DNA of 64,000 bases from an uncultured Eubacteriales bacterium (GTDB lineage: Bacteria; Acidobacteriota; Aminicenantia; Aminicenantales; Aminicenantaceae): NCBI GenBank assembly GCA_964400735.1, contig CAYNVQ010000004.1:315042-379041 (forward strand), written 5' to 3'. Position 1 is the first letter of the stretch, and every line of letters starts with the position of its first letter. Made by a program: the position numbers and the translations under genes. The notes beneath the pieces are model-generated. The model was given only the letters and a program-made list of their open reading frames with translations. It ran no database searches and was not told where the DNA came from. Of the stretch, positions 63,183 through 64,000 are shown in pieces.

Positions 63183-64000
63183 TTAAAATTTGAATACCTG
63201 AAGCATGGCTGCGCCTATGATGGCGGCAGCGATGAGATAATAGATCATCGGGATAAGCGTCTTGCGGATGAGAGCCCCTTCTCTTCCCAGTAACCCCACC
63301 ACGGCCGAGGCGGCAACCACATTATGCACGCAGATCATATTTCCAGCGGCTCCTCCGACGGCTTGAAGGGCGACGATAACGCCCGGGATGGCAGAAGTCT
63401 TCAACGCTGTGGCGAATTGGAAAAGGGAAAACATCATGTTGGAAAATGTGTTGCTTCCAGCGATGAAAGCTCCCATGGCGCCGATCACAGCGGCAAAACC
63501 GGGCCAGAACTTTCCAGCCAAAGCGGCTGCTCCTGAAGCCAGAACGCCGGGCATCTTATCCAAGCCCCCGGAAACGCCGCTGTTGATGAAGACCTTGACC
63601 ATGGATACCGCAAAAGCCAGGGCTATTGTCGGGCCGATCATCATCCGTGCGGTCCGCCGGAGCGCCCGTTTAGCCTGGTTCCTGGAGATCTTGTGGAGAG
63701 GGAGAATCAGTGCTGCCGCGATGAGGAAAAGGAATCCGGGCAGGTAGAAAGGCTGGAAACTGGTGCTGATCGGGGTTCTGAAGATCTGGTTCCACTCCAG
63801 AGCGATGGATGAAAGAGCCTCCTTCAAAGGAGGCCAGAGCCGTGTGGTCAACAGAAGAAGGGCCACCAGGACATAGGGAAGCCAGGCTCTGGGGATACTG
63901 AGAGGAGATCGAACGGGATGTTTTTGATCGAGCTTCTGCCCTTCCCATTCCGAAGGCCATGTTTTTCGGTCCGGGAAATCCCAGGTGTCTTGGGGAAGAA
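63183..64000 (-). CDS. lctP: L-lactate permease (LctP family), N-terminal part lies beyond the window end
   Basis: The C-terminal motif is GGAAGNMICVHNVVAASAVVGLLGREG. The reading frame stays open upstream of the GTG at 63866 all the way to position 64000. Confidence 0.85.
   Translation of the reverse strand, partial: LPQDTWDFPDRKTWPSEWEGQKLDQKHPVRSPLSIPRAWLPYVLVALLLLTTRLWPPLKEALSSIALEWNQIFRTPISTSFQPFYLPGFLFLIAAALILPLHKISRNQAKRALRRTARMMIGPTIALAFAVSMVKVFINSGVSGGLDKMPGVLASGAAALAGKFWPGFAAVIGAMGAFIAGSNTFSNMMFSLFQFATALKTSAIPGVIVALQAVGGAAGNMICVHNVVAASAVVGLLGREGALIRKTLIPMIYYLIAAAIIGAAMLQVFKF

Noticed and set aside
1-64000. CRISPR arrays, rRNA/tRNA genes, integrases, transposases, toxin-antitoxin pairs or known defence-system genes.
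   Set aside because: I saw no regularly spaced direct repeats, no nuclease/helicase/ATPase defence signatures and no recombinase motifs in any frame. The AbrB-like gene is followed by arsM rather than a toxin.

Overview
This 64 kb window is a gene-dense chromosomal segment from a Gram-negative-type bacterium. I call about 53 protein-coding genes. I found no rRNA, tRNA, CRISPR array, transposase, integrase or recognisable phage or defence gene.

Lineage is a guess only. The outer-membrane lipid-trafficking genes, the many exported hydrolases and the two VWA-like proteins ending in YYLLYYSP...GYIA(N/D) suggest an Acidobacteria-related or candidate-phylum anaerobe.

Gene content, left to right:
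- A glycogen module: malQ, a galT-like gene, glgC.
- Ion channels: MscS and CorA.
- An Mla/MCE-type ABC lipid transporter, convergent with a YdbH-like AsmA-family giant protein and a YdbL homologue.
- A BNR/sortilin-like protein.
- Many exported peptidases: M14, C69, AstE-like, GGT, S9 and M24.
- A sulfatase.
- An Opp-type ABC operon headed by a GHMP sugar kinase.
- An ArsM operon.
- A PLP decarboxylase.
- A Crp/Fnr regulator with an FrdX-like ferredoxin.
- A partial lactate permease.

Observations I consider most worth following up:
1. A protein that aligns motif by motif with the HMG-CoA reductase fold but lacks the canonical catalytic motifs. It sits next to the Crp/Fnr and ferredoxin pair (54.9-58.0 kb).
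2. A cysteine-pair-rich AbrB/SpoVT-type regulator co-operonic with arsM, behind a perfect 16-bp palindrome.
3. An apparent YnbE-like lipoprotein segment fused to YdbL.
4. A mosaic family of short intergenic repeats. It includes one MITE-like element with 19-bp terminal inverted repeats. Other copies lie 23-27 nt upstream of the start codons of two exported peptidase genes.
5. An AT-rich gene inserted inside the opp-like operon.

All functional calls come from reading the translated ORFs against motifs I remember. No database search was run.
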